Of a stretch of 64,000 nucleotides of DNA, positions 43,382 to 53,336 are shown piece after piece. The stretch spans positions 1,057,554 through 1,121,553 of the forward strand of contig CBDBCY010000004.1 in assembly GCA_965203555.1 (NCBI GenBank), written 5' to 3'. The first letter of the stretch is position 1. Each line of letters starts with the position of its first letter. This stretch comes from Acidimicrobiia bacterium (GTDB taxonomy: Bacteria > Actinomycetota > Acidimicrobiia > Spongiisociales > ZC4RG35). The notes beneath the pieces are model-generated. The model made no database searches. It had not been told where the DNA came from and saw only the letters and a list, made by a program, of their open reading frames with translations. The position numbers and the translations under genes are program-made.

Positions 43382-44266
43382 ATGAACAGATTCCGCCTGT
43401 CGGAGAAGGGCGCCGAGCGTCTCAGCATCGGGTTCCTCCTCACCCCCGCCATCGCCGTCATCATCCTCCTCTTCCTGGGAGGCCTGGCCTCCGGCTTCCT
43501 GCGCAGTCTCAACTACTTCCCCCTGATCGGGCTGAACGACTTCAACCTCGACGCGTATGTCGCCATCTTCACCGACAACGGGTTCATCCAGAGCCTGGTG
43601 CTCACCTTCCACATCGCCTTCACCTCCACTCTCATCGCCAGCGTCCTGGCGGTGGCCTCCGCGCTGCTGCTCCGCCCGGCCTTCCGGGGAAAGCGCATCG
43701 TCCACTTCTTCTTCTCTCTCAACCTCACCATCCCGCACCTGGTGGGCGCCATCGGAGTCCTCTACCTCTTCCAGAACAGCGGACTGATCTCCCGCATCCT
43801 GACCGGGATGGACATCATCTCCAAGCCCGCCGACTTCCCGGCCATGGTGTTCGACCCGTGGGCGATCGGGATCATCATCCAGTACGTGTGGAAGGAGATC
43901 CCCTTCATCGGGGTGATCGTCCTCGCCATCCTGCTGTCGGTGGGAGAGGACTACGAGTCGGTGGCAAGATCCCTGGGAGCCAACCGCTGGCAGGCCTTCC
44001 GCCAGGTCACCCTGCCGCTCATCATGCCCGGGGTGGTCTCCGCGTCCGTCATCGTGTTCGCCTTCACCTTCGGCGCCTTCGAGATCCCCTACCTCCTGGG
44101 ACGGACCTTCCCCGCCGCACTTCCCGTCCTGGCCTACCAGAGCTACACCGACGTGGATCTGGCGGCGCGTCCCCAGGCCATGGCCATGGCGATGGTGATC
44201 GCCTTCATCTCCACGCTCCTGATCATGGCCTACATGAAGCTCTCGCGCGTCTACATCAGAGAATGA
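43382..44266 (+). CDS. ABC transporter permease (PotB/ThiP-like)
   Basis: Six TM segments and an EAA-like loop (…LGANRWQAFRQVTLPLIMPGV…). Confidence 0.8.
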   Translation: MNRFRLSEKGAERLSIGFLLTPAIAVIILLFLGGLASGFLRSLNYFPLIGLNDFNLDAYVAIFTDNGFIQSLVLTFHIAFTSTLIASVLAVASALLLRPAFRGKRIVHFFFSLNLTIPHLVGAIGVLYLFQNSGLISRILTGMDIISKPADFPAMVFDPWAIGIIIQYVWKEIPFIGVIVLAILLSVGEDYESVARSLGANRWQAFRQVTLPLIMPGVVSASVIVFAFTFGAFEIPYLLGRTFPAALPVLAYQSYTDVDLAARPQAMAMAMVIAFISTLLIMAYMKLSRVYIRE

Positions 44267-44279
44267 CAGTGGGACAACC

Positions 44280-45129
44280 ATGACCACCGCGCCCGCGCCC
44301 ATGCCGCACTTCAACACCCGCTCGATCGGGCGGATCACCCTCCGCTGGGTGGGCATCACCGGCCTCCTCGCCTTCCTGGTGGCGCCCATGGTGCCCCTTT
44401 TCATCTGGTCGATCAGCTTCCGGTGGTTCTATCCCGAACATCCTCCCCAGCGAGTACTCCGCACGCGCCTGGGAACAGGTGATCTCGCCCACCAACAACG
44501 TGATCGGCGCCGCCTGGCAGACCACCCTGATCGCCCTGTTGGTGACCGTCCTCTCGGTCCTCTTCGGAGTCCCCGCCGGCCGCGCCCTGGGCCTCTACAA
44601 CTTCCCCGGAAAGCGCATAGTCGAGATCATGATCCTCGCTCCCATCATCGTCCCCGGCCTGGCGGTGGTGCTCGGCATCGACACCATGTTCATCCGCTAC
44701 GGCCTGTCGGGGAACATCATCGGAGTCTCCCTGGTGCACCTGGTGCCCACCCTCCCCTACATGACGCTGGTGATGTCGGGGGTGTACGCCAACTACGACG
44801 TCGACTACGAACTCCAGGCGCGCTCTCTCGGCGCGGGACGCTGGGCCACCCAGCGCTACGTGACCCTCCCGGCGGTCTTCCCCGGAGTGGTGGTGGGCGC
44901 CCTGTTCACCTTCCTGATCTCCTGGAGCCAGTACGTCCTCACCCTCCTGATCGGTGACGGACAGGTGGAGACCCTCCCCATCCTGTTGTTCAATTTCGCC
45001 CGCTCCGAACCCGCCATCGCCGGCGCGCTGAGCGTGGTCTTCATCCTGCCGGGCATACTGGTGCTGCTGCTCAGCTCCAAGTACCTGTCCGGCGACAGCG
45101 CCGCAGTAGGAGGTATCGGCAACATATGA
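44280..45129 (+). pseudogene. ABC transporter permease (PotC-like) interrupted by a single frameshift near 44436
   Basis: The N-terminus (MTTAPAPMPHF…LVAPMVPLFIWSISFRWF) is in one frame. The rest (…PSEYSARAWEQVISPTNNV…LGAGRWATQRYVTLPAVFPGV…) is in the +1 frame of the track ORF 44479..45129. Confidence 0.6.
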
Positions 45130-46202
45130 CCCAAGTGACACTCACCGGACTGACCAAGATCTTCGACCAGAAGAACCCTCCCGCGGTGGACAACCTGGAC
45201 CTGGAGATCGAATCCGGAAAGCTCACCGCCCTCCTGGGACCCTCGGGATGCGGCAAGACCACCACCATGAAGATGATCGCCGGCCTCCTCCGACCCACCT
45301 CGGGAGACATCCTATTCGACGGCGACTCCATCCTCAGCATCAAGCCCGAGGAACGCGGTGCGGTAATGGTGTTCCAGAACTACCTGCTGTTCCCCTACAT
45401 GAACATCGCCGACAACATCGGCTTCGGCCTGAAGATGCGAAAAGTCAACAAAAAAGAGATCAGATCCCGCGTCGAAGACATGCTCGACCTGGTCCAACTC
45501 CCCGGATTCGAGGACCGAAAGCCCAACCAACTCTCGGGAGGACAGCAGCAACGCATCGCCCTGGCCCGCGCGCTGATCGTCGAGCCAAACGTCCTCCTCT
45601 TGGACGAACCACTCTCCAACCTCGACGCACACCTCCGCGACGAGATGCGCGTCCTGATCAGAAGAATCCAGACCGAGATGGGGATCACCACAGTCTTCGT
45701 CACCCACGACCAGGAGGAGGCAGTCGTCCTGGCCGACAAGGTGGCGCTCTTATTCGACGGTCGCCTCCAGCAGTTCGACGGTCCCGACTCCTTCTACGAG
45801 ACACCCAACACAGTCGAGATCGCCACCTTCTTCGGCGGCACCAACTTCATACCCGGCCGGTACCAAAACGGGCAGATCACCACCGCCATCGGCAAGTTCG
45901 CGGCGCCCCACTCACTGGTCCCCGACGGAGAGGCGATACTCAGCATCCGCCCCGAAGCGGTCGACCTGGGCGCGGCAGGGGAGAACAGCGTAGAAGGGAC
46001 CGTCCTATCCCACGTCTACGCCGGACGCTACGCGCGCTTCCAGGTACGGATCGGCGACACCGAGATCGAAGCGGTCACCGAACCCGGACAGGTCAAGTTG
46101 TTCGCCGACGGAGACAATATCCCGGTGAAGTTCGATCCCGAAAAGATCTGGATCCTGGGACCCAACGCCGCAGAGCAACAGGCCGCCGATTCCACCGGAT
46201 AG
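45126..46202 (+). CDS. ABC transporter ATP-binding protein (PotA/MalK-type importer ATPase)
   Basis: Walker A GPSGCGKTT, Q-loop, LSGGQQQRIALARAL, Walker B LLLDEPLSNLD, H-loop, and a C-terminal TOBE-like domain. Confidence 0.9.
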   Translation: MTQVTLTGLTKIFDQKNPPAVDNLDLEIESGKLTALLGPSGCGKTTTMKMIAGLLRPTSGDILFDGDSILSIKPEERGAVMVFQNYLLFPYMNIADNIGFGLKMRKVNKKEIRSRVEDMLDLVQLPGFEDRKPNQLSGGQQQRIALARALIVEPNVLLLDEPLSNLDAHLRDEMRVLIRRIQTEMGITTVFVTHDQEEAVVLADKVALLFDGRLQQFDGPDSFYETPNTVEIATFFGGTNFIPGRYQNGQITTAIGKFAAPHSLVPDGEAILSIRPEAVDLGAAGENSVEGTVLSHVYAGRYARFQVRIGDTEIEAVTEPGQVKLFADGDNIPVKFDPEKIWILGPNAAEQQAADSTG

Positions 46203-46206
46203 GCGG

Positions 46207-47430
46207 TTGACCCGCCCCGGCTCCGAAAACGGGTCCCCACCAATCGGACACCAAACCCGATGGGGCCTGATCGCCGCCGGATGGTCGGTCTACGCCATCT
46301 ACTACCTGGGCAGGGTCAACTTCTCGGTAGCGGTACCCGGACTCGAGGACGAAGCCGGCCTCGACGCCACCAGGATCGGCACCCTGGCAGCCGGATTCTT
46401 CTGGGTCTACTCCCTCTCCGCAGTACCTGTTGGGCGCCTAGCCGACCGGATCGGCGCACGCCTCCTGGTGGGGCTGGGCCTGGTGGGAAGCGGGCTGATG
46501 AACGTCCTGTTCATCCTGTTCATCGAGAACTTTGCGCTGTCGCTGGTCGTATGGTCGGCCAACGGGATCTTCCAGGCCATGGGATGGACGCCACTGATCG
46601 GCGCGGTGGGGCGCTGGGCATCCGACAGGGGCGCCGCTCGGGTGATCGCCTCCTTTGGCTCCTGCTTCGTCGCCGGGACCGCTCTCACCTTCGCCTTGGG
46701 GGGACTCATTATCGAACGTGGCGGAGTCGAAGCCGTGTTCATCGCCGCAGCCACCGTGCTGATACCGGTCGGCATCGCCTGGTGGATCGGGGTACGAGAT
46801 CCGATCGAGACATCTTCTGAGGCCGAGCAACCCGGTGGCTCGACTGGACAAGCACTCTGGCTCCTCCCCCCGGCAGCAGCCATCGGAGCCGCCTATGTTG
46901 CGCTGGTGGTCTGGACACCCGCCTACTTCGTCGAAGTTCACAACGAGGCGGTGGGCCGCTCCGGCTTGCTCGCTGCAGCCATGCCCGCTTTCGCCATCCT
47001 GGCCACAATCACTGTGGGGCGCTGGTTTCGAGACGCCATCGGACCGGGTTCCGCCCTGAAGGGCGGTCTGGTCCTGGGAGTCACCTCGGTTGCTCTAGGC
47101 ATGGTTAGCCAGGCTGACGATCTCTTGGCGGGATTCGCCACAGTCGCCATCGCCACTGCGCTGGTAGGCGCGTCCTCCTCGATCGTCCTAGGCCTGTTCC
47201 CTAGGATGACATCACCCGAAGGCGTGGCACTGGTCAGCGGCATTTACGCACTGGGCTTTAACCTGGGGGGCGGTGCAGGCTCACCGGTGGTGGGCAGGTT
47301 GGTGGATCAGGATGCCTGGGATGGGGTGTTCCTGTTCCTCGCCGGTGTGGTCCTGGTCGGTGCAATCTGGACGGTCGGCTGGTATGTCTGGGCCCGATCC
47401 CACATGCCGACAGAAAGGCTCGCCTCATGA
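46207..47430 (+). CDS. MFS transporter
   Basis: ~12 predicted TM helices and a …GRLADRIGAR… MFS motif-A-like loop. Confidence 0.75.
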   Translation: MTRPGSENGSPPIGHQTRWGLIAAGWSVYAIYYLGRVNFSVAVPGLEDEAGLDATRIGTLAAGFFWVYSLSAVPVGRLADRIGARLLVGLGLVGSGLMNVLFILFIENFALSLVVWSANGIFQAMGWTPLIGAVGRWASDRGAARVIASFGSCFVAGTALTFALGGLIIERGGVEAVFIAAATVLIPVGIAWWIGVRDPIETSSEAEQPGGSTGQALWLLPPAAAIGAAYVALVVWTPAYFVEVHNEAVGRSGLLAAAMPAFAILATITVGRWFRDAIGPGSALKGGLVLGVTSVALGMVSQADDLLAGFATVAIATALVGASSSIVLGLFPRMTSPEGVALVSGIYALGFNLGGGAGSPVVGRLVDQDAWDGVFLFLAGVVLVGAIWTVGWYVWARSHMPTERLAS

Positions 47431-48215
47431 CCGATCGCCCTTCGAAGCACCGGGCGGTAATGGACCTCAGCCGTGAGGAGTGGCTGGATGCGCTGGGCAT
47501 GGACGCCGCGGACATCCCGAAGGCTGTCATCATGGAAGGTTCCTGGTGGCGAGCGCAACGCACAGAGTGGCGTCTGAGCTACCTGGACGACGTGCGGGAA
47601 CTCGCCTTTCCCGACATGTTCTACGGATTCTGGCAAGGGTCACCGGTTGTGTACTCCTGCGTCTACGGAGCACCCAGAGCTGTTGAATTGGCGCACCTGT
47701 TCGGAGTGCTGGGGACATCCCGGATGGTCATGATCGGCACGTGCGGCGCCCTGGATCCCGGATTGGCTACCGGCGACGTGGTCGTACCTTCGCAAGCGGT
47801 GGCTCGGGAAGGGGTTGCTCACCTTTACCAAGACGTGGCGGAAGACACCGGAGTCGTCTTCTCCGACCCGGATCTCACCCGAAGGGGAAAGGCCGCCCTA
47901 GAGAACAGAGGAGTCAGGACTGCCGACTCCCTGCATCTGACATGGAGTTCCATCTTCGCTCAGAGCGGAGCCATGGTCGAGGAGTGGCGGGAAAGGGGCT
48001 ACGGATCCGTGGACATGGAAGCCGCCACTCTCTTCGCCGTAGCGAGACACTTCCAATTCGCCGCCACGGCTCTGCTGGTGGTGTGGGACCAACTAGCCGC
48101 CGACCGCAGCTTCCTCGACCCCCTCACCCCAACAGAACAAAGCCATCTTCATACAGCAAACGCGGCTGTTCATAAAGTTGCTCTAGAAATAGCAATCGAC
48201 TCTGCTACCGATTGA
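47427..48215 (+). CDS. Nucleoside phosphorylase (PNP/UDP phosphorylase superfamily)
   Basis: …VMIGTCGALDPGLATGDVVVPSQAV…, …GSVDMEAATLFAVA… is the PNP_UDP_1 fold. ATGA overlaps the MFS gene. Confidence 0.8.
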   Translation: MTDRPSKHRAVMDLSREEWLDALGMDAADIPKAVIMEGSWWRAQRTEWRLSYLDDVRELAFPDMFYGFWQGSPVVYSCVYGAPRAVELAHLFGVLGTSRMVMIGTCGALDPGLATGDVVVPSQAVAREGVAHLYQDVAEDTGVVFSDPDLTRRGKAALENRGVRTADSLHLTWSSIFAQSGAMVEEWRERGYGSVDMEAATLFAVARHFQFAATALLVVWDQLAADRSFLDPLTPTEQSHLHTANAAVHKVALEIAIDSATD

Positions 48216-48353
48216 AGGCTGTAGGTGTGAACCACCCTCCAAGGCTTAGTGTCCACACTGCCGAGTATCTGGCAACCCCCAGCTGAAATCCGAAGGGGCT
48301 TATCTCCAGATGCGACCCAGGGTCTCTATCATTGTTAATATAAACTGTCCACA

Positions 48354-49322
48354 ATGTCCCATGACGCCTCTAATGGTCCCACACACGATGGCAATCTGGC
48401 AACATCCTCTGGCCGGTATGCACAACGTGCCCTTGCCTGCTACGCACAAGGTGACTGGGAGGGCTTTGTTGTCAATGCCTGTACCGCCGTGGAGTTGCTA
48501 GCCAAAGCGGTTCTTGCAAAGGTAAATATTCTGCTGATAGCAGATTGTAGAGAGAAGAGCCTTTTAGAACTAGCGTTAAGCAATCCTAGACGAGGATTTC
48601 CAACTTCGGCCCGAACAATCGGCATCGGGGCGTGCCTCAGCCGCATCAACGCGATCGGAGTGAGGTTGGACTACCGGGACGAGGTGCTGGCTTTATCCAA
48701 GATGCGTAACAGTTTGCTACATAGTGGACATTATGACCCTGATGCTGTGGATGAATCTCTACTAAGGGTTTGGGTGAGTGCATTAGTCCAACTCGCTGAT
48801 CACGGTCAATACGGCAGATCCATGATCTTCGGGGTTCACACGGAGTTTGCGGAAACCCAGATTAGCCAACACGAGGATGACTTAGCAGCTCTCCTGGCAA
48901 AGAAGATGGCGGCTGCCCAAAGTCGGTGGCGAGAGCTAGCTGATCTTGACTCGCTCAGCATCCCATTGATGCATGAAGTCCTACTAACCCAGCTTATTGC
49001 CGATAATTCCGTGGATCCAACCATCCAGTGTATGCCCTGCCCCGTCTGTGACATGCCAGCCGGTCTTTTCGGGGAATTTGAACCTGAGCCAGAATATGAC
49101 AGGATCGACGGAGAAATGATGGCTGTTGGTGTTTATCACGAATACGTGCCGGAACAACTCTTCTGTCAAACCTGTCGGTTACACTTGGACTCACGGGAAC
49201 TGGTAGAGCGATCTGGGGTGTTAGACAATTGGGAGGTCTCTGATGATGATCGTGAGCGATGGGATAAGATAGTTGCTGAAGAGGAGCTTTGGAATGACAA
49301 GGAGTGGCGATTCGACTTCTAG
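48354..49322 (+). CDS. Hypothetical protein with HEPN-like R-x4-H motif and C-terminal CxxC…CxxC zinc ribbon (candidate defense gene)
   Basis: First gene of the lower-GC island. KMRNSLLHSG is an Rx4H HEPN-type motif at the end of an alpha-helical ~150-aa N-terminal region. …CMPCPVCDM…(~45 aa)…CQTCRLH has four Cys in ribbon spacing. Confidence 0.55.
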   Translation: MSHDASNGPTHDGNLATSSGRYAQRALACYAQGDWEGFVVNACTAVELLAKAVLAKVNILLIADCREKSLLELALSNPRRGFPTSARTIGIGACLSRINAIGVRLDYRDEVLALSKMRNSLLHSGHYDPDAVDESLLRVWVSALVQLADHGQYGRSMIFGVHTEFAETQISQHEDDLAALLAKKMAAAQSRWRELADLDSLSIPLMHEVLLTQLIADNSVDPTIQCMPCPVCDMPAGLFGEFEPEPEYDRIDGEMMAVGVYHEYVPEQLFCQTCRLHLDSRELVERSGVLDNWEVSDDDRERWDKIVAEEELWNDKEWRFDF

Positions 49323-49704
49323 CCGGAGGACTGTTGAGCGGTGAGGAAGGATACTATTGTCAATGGCATGCAACCCCCGCAGATGCAATGGGATCCGCTT
49401 AACATCAGCCCTCATTGAGGCCTCCTGAATAGGCGACACAGTACCGCCCAACATCAGCGAGGCCTTAACCCCTGAACAAGGACCTCAACCATCCCCACTC
49501 CCCAACAATTCGCGAAGCCTCGATTCGCTAAGTCGCACAATCCACACAGAGGTATGGTGAACACAGCGTCCGCTCCGAAGGACAGAACACCGGCTGAGGG
49601 ACTAGGCGCTTTGCGAGTTCTTCGGATAGGAGTAAGGGGAGGCTGCGCGTTTCCATTACCGTCAGGCCCACCGCCGTCTCCAAGACCATCGACCGGACTG
49701 AGGC

Positions 49705-51918
49705 CTAAAAGGGATCCTCATAGTCGCTGTACCCACCCCGCATTTTCTCCCCTGCCGAATCCCTTCTTGCAAAGACACGACCTTCCCATTTTGCGCAAAT
49801 CTCCTCGAAGTTCGGTACCTTCTCCTCTTCGACCCAACTCTTGTACATCTGCGGATTGATGCTTTGCGGCACTGGATACGCTTCCCTAATGAGAGCTAAC
49901 GAAGGGATTTGTATACATTGCCCTAGCACCAAAGCGGTACGAGAGGGTAAGGTAGGAAGCTGATCAAGAAGTTCCGAATAGATGTTAGGAACTATCGCAC
50001 GAAAGTAGTGGAGATCTGCAGGGTTCTGCAATCGATGGACGATAAAACTATTGCATTGCGCCAGAACCGTGCGTGAGAGTTCGCTGGGTCGTTGAGAGGC
50101 TATTACCAATCCCAATCCACACTTTCTGCCCTCTCTGGCAATGCGTTCAAATATCTCCTTTGAAATAGAATCTTCCTCTGCTCGGCCAGTTTCCCGTATA
50201 TAATTGTGCGCTTCATCGAGGATCAGGACGACTGGATAATCTCCTCTCTCGACACCACTGATCGGATCAGAGAGTCGCTGCAGGAATTCGTGAATGAGCC
50301 GACCCAGAAGGGCTGTAACATTCTCAAGTGCTTCCGTAGCAAGAAGGCTCAAATCAACGATCACCACATTAGACCCGGATGATCCCTGCCGCTGCCGTTT
50401 GTAAAAGGGAAATACTTCCGGGGAAAGGGTGCAGGTGCCAATGCTGTGATCATTATCCCGAGAGCTAGCGCCGAGAATATCCCGCAAAAAGGTAGCCAAG
50501 GCATGCTCTACCTGTGGCCATTCGCTATCTGTCGGACCAAAGAGAAAGTCAAACCGGGAGTCTGCCAGGAGTCTATATATCCGCAATAGCATTGTAGAAC
50601 AATAGTCTCGGGTTCGAGGGGAATAGGCCTCGCTGCTAGCGAGAGCATCTTCGAGATACAGATCGCGAAAATCGCTCTTACTGAAGAATCTGGGGCTGTC
50701 CACAGAGGCGGCACCTCGGTGACCAGTCAACTGAGGAACACCCGCCAACTCCATAATCAAGGATTGAGCCACTTGGTTCACTTCTTGTCTAAGAGCCATA
50801 GTCAACGGATCGTAATCGCGGTCGCTCCTCCTTCTCACCTTCTTTCGTAGCTCGTGGAGTGTCTCCACTACCTCCTCTTGCAATATTGTTGGGTAGTGAC
50901 TAAGCAGTTCTCCAAGTGCACCGGCATTACCTGGGTCCTGTAGATAGGAAACAATCCCCTTGCACAATACGTCAATGGTGTTTCTTTCTTGCCATCGCCC
51001 CTCTCTTGCTGCAGTCATCATGCGTTGGCACTCTATCCGTAAGTCTTCTCTTAGTTTAACCCATGTTGGACTCTCTCCAGATTCCCGCGCGGCGGTGAGA
51101 GCTTCTAGCAACACTGGCTGCTGTACCCCCGGTGACGCTCGGAACAACCGTACAAAGTCGTCGGCGTTCATGAACCAGTATGGTATCGCCAGTTTGTCAG
51201 ATGCATCTGCGGCCGTGGGAATGTATAGAGTCTTATAGGACTCATGCACATCTGTCCAAGAGCCTTGTGGACTCCGTCGTTGGAAAGCGGAACGGTATTC
51301 GCCGTGTGTGTCAAAAATAATAAACCTGGTTTGCTTGACTGCGGGCGTATGCAGAATTGCTTGTATGATCGAAGAGATAGTACAGGACTTTCCGGAGCCG
51401 GTGCTACCGAGAACAGCGGCATGCATGCCAAAGAAGGCATCTACGTCAATGTTGATTGCGTATTCCGGGAAGACAGCGGAGCGACCAATGGACAAATGAG
51501 AATCGCCTCCCAAGGGAAAGCCTGGTTCAATGGCTCTTTGGAATATCGCATCAAGATCCTGCTGTGTTGGCATGAGAACAGGAGAATCCAGCACAGGATG
51601 GCTGCTAATGCCTTGCTGATAGATTCCTTCTTCAACAACGCCAGTCATTACTCCTCGTAGCATCTTCCTAGCGGACGGCAGGTGCACCGTATTGCCAGCA
51701 GCAGTAGCGCTTCCATCCTCCTTCACATAAAGGCGAGTAACAATAGCTACATTGCGATGTCCACCCACCGGAATGACGACATAGGAGTTTATATGCCCGG
51801 CATCCTTGGTCCCTTCAATCGTTGAACGAGTAAAACTCTTGAGATCGCTCTCTAGAGCTACCGTCACTTGTGCGGCATCTACGGCGACGACTCTACCGAT
51901 CCTGTAATCATCCATCAT
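49705..51918 (-). CDS. herA: HerA-like FtsK/HerA-superfamily ATPase of a Sir2-HerA defense pair
   Basis: Walker A GSTGSGKS, Walker B VVLILDEAHNY, …LVIASQRPSEL… (arginine-finger region). 737 aa, immediately downstream (14 bp) of the SIR2 gene on the same strand. Confidence 0.85.
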   Translation of the reverse strand: MMDDYRIGRVVAVDAAQVTVALESDLKSFTRSTIEGTKDAGHINSYVVIPVGGHRNVAIVTRLYVKEDGSATAAGNTVHLPSARKMLRGVMTGVVEEGIYQQGISSHPVLDSPVLMPTQQDLDAIFQRAIEPGFPLGGDSHLSIGRSAVFPEYAINIDVDAFFGMHAAVLGSTGSGKSCTISSIIQAILHTPAVKQTRFIIFDTHGEYRSAFQRRSPQGSWTDVHESYKTLYIPTAADASDKLAIPYWFMNADDFVRLFRASPGVQQPVLLEALTAARESGESPTWVKLREDLRIECQRMMTAAREGRWQERNTIDVLCKGIVSYLQDPGNAGALGELLSHYPTILQEEVVETLHELRKKVRRRSDRDYDPLTMALRQEVNQVAQSLIMELAGVPQLTGHRGAASVDSPRFFSKSDFRDLYLEDALASSEAYSPRTRDYCSTMLLRIYRLLADSRFDFLFGPTDSEWPQVEHALATFLRDILGASSRDNDHSIGTCTLSPEVFPFYKRQRQGSSGSNVVIVDLSLLATEALENVTALLGRLIHEFLQRLSDPISGVERGDYPVVLILDEAHNYIRETGRAEEDSISKEIFERIAREGRKCGLGLVIASQRPSELSRTVLAQCNSFIVHRLQNPADLHYFRAIVPNIYSELLDQLPTLPSRTALVLGQCIQIPSLALIREAYPVPQSINPQMYKSWVEEEKVPNFEEICAKWEGRVFARRDSAGEKMRGGYSDYEDPF

Positions 51919-51932
51919 GGAAGCTGGCGTTT

Positions 51933-53336
51933 CTACTGCTTGTCTCTGGATAGCGCCATTTTGTTGTAAGTCTGGACGACCTTCAGGGAAAGCTCTTCTT
52001 CCCGCAAATTGGGTAGCAGTGTGTCAACAAACGCATCAAAATGCCCCAGTGTCCCGCTCACAATCCATACTCGCTCATCCTTTAGCTCTTCCAGACTCGC
52101 CACAAATTCGCTCCGAGGATTAGGATCTACCACAACCAAGGTGAAGCTTGGGATTGCCAAAGCTTGACGTATTTGCGCGTTAACATGTTCGTCCCCAAAT
52201 CCGTAGCCTACAACCACCAGTGTTGATTGCGGTTGGGCAACAGCATTACCAAACCTCCGAAACATCTCCGAGTAGGGCAACCCCAAAGACTGGCCATACT
52301 TCAGCGGTGATGGGTAGATAAGCACGTCTTTATCCTCTGTTGATTCACCATATAGGGTCGCATAGAGTCCAAAAGGATTCAACCACGATGCCTCACAGCT
52401 GTGCCAATTAATGGACCCATGAAGCTTATACAGTTGTATTACCCTGTCATAGCGATGAACTCGCCCTTCAGTGGTCTGGGCGGGAAAGTAGAAGTCTATA
52501 TCATAGGACTCTGGCCTGAACACGCGGCGTAGTGTTCCGACAAAGCCATCCATCATAATCACTCCTTCAGCATCACCTGCTTGTTCAATGAGCGTATCAT
52601 AATTGAGTGTAAACAGATGAGTGCGACGCAGATTGAGGGGTCGGGTCAGAAGCTTCCTTAGTAGCAAACGATGAGTGCGGAGACTACCCTCTTTAGCAGG
52701 CACCGGTAAATCAAGCAAACGCGTTAGAGTATCCTCAATAGTCCTGATCAATGTTGCCAATACGCATTTGTTAATGTGGATGTATTCCTCATTGCACAAA
52801 ACTAGAGTGTCCGTTGATGTGAGCATACTAGCCGACCATGTGTGCAGTAGGCTCAAGAGGTGTTCTAAATTCAACGGGATGGGCTCAACCGAAGTATCCG
52901 AGGATGGACACTCCGTGCTCCGCTCTTCAAATGACAAGTCCTGTCCAGTAAGAATGGAAGCTACCTTATAGAAGAGGTCAAGCCAATCCGGCATGGAATC
53001 AGACGACCGCGGCATCCCTGCTCTTTGAATCAGATGCTTTTCCAATGGCCAAGGTATTGCAGCAAGCGATACACCACCGGCATCAATGGAAGCCCCTGCG
53101 CCCAATAGAAAGGACACATTTTCGGTCTTTAGGATCGTGCCAAATCGAACACGCATCCGCTTGAGAGTGTTCTCAAGAGCTGCTTGGGCCACCGTTGCTT
53201 GGGCTTCGTCCTCTGGATCTAAGGGGTTGAGGGCGTCCAGAGCCTGGCTTATGATGTCATCCTTGCCTAGCAGGATCCGGGAATCAGTGTAAGGAAGTGC
53301 TGACTTGTGGTTCATTGTTTCGCCGCGCGGAGTCAT
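51933..53336 (-). CDS. SIR2-family NADase-like protein of a Sir2-HerA defense pair
   Basis: FLLGAGASIDAGG (SIR2 GAGxS NAD-binding loop), LYKLHGSINW (catalytic His), VVGYGFGDEHVN (GYSFxD motif). An alternative start at 53315 (MNHKS) is possible. Confidence 0.85.
   Translation of the reverse strand: MTPRGETMNHKSALPYTDSRILLGKDDIISQALDALNPLDPEDEAQATVAQAALENTLKRMRVRFGTILKTENVSFLLGAGASIDAGGVSLAAIPWPLEKHLIQRAGMPRSSDSMPDWLDLFYKVASILTGQDLSFEERSTECPSSDTSVEPIPLNLEHLLSLLHTWSASMLTSTDTLVLCNEEYIHINKCVLATLIRTIEDTLTRLLDLPVPAKEGSLRTHRLLLRKLLTRPLNLRRTHLFTLNYDTLIEQAGDAEGVIMMDGFVGTLRRVFRPESYDIDFYFPAQTTEGRVHRYDRVIQLYKLHGSINWHSCEASWLNPFGLYATLYGESTEDKDVLIYPSPLKYGQSLGLPYSEMFRRFGNAVAQPQSTLVVVGYGFGDEHVNAQIRQALAIPSFTLVVVDPNPRSEFVASLEELKDERVWIVSGTLGHFDAFVDTLLPNLREEELSLKVVQTYNKMALSRDKQ

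Noticed and set aside
41102-44404. Long minus-strand ORFs 41102..42115 and 42932..44404
   Set aside because: Antisense to the nucleoside hydrolase and ABC permease genes. His/Gly/Asp-rich low-complexity.
48216-48353. Searched the island's left border and the 53.3-54.0 kb spacer for a tRNA/tmRNA gene or att-like direct repeats
   Set aside because: No GGTTCGA(A/T)TCC-type T-arm or cloverleaf-compatible sequence was found. The integration site cannot be defined from this window.
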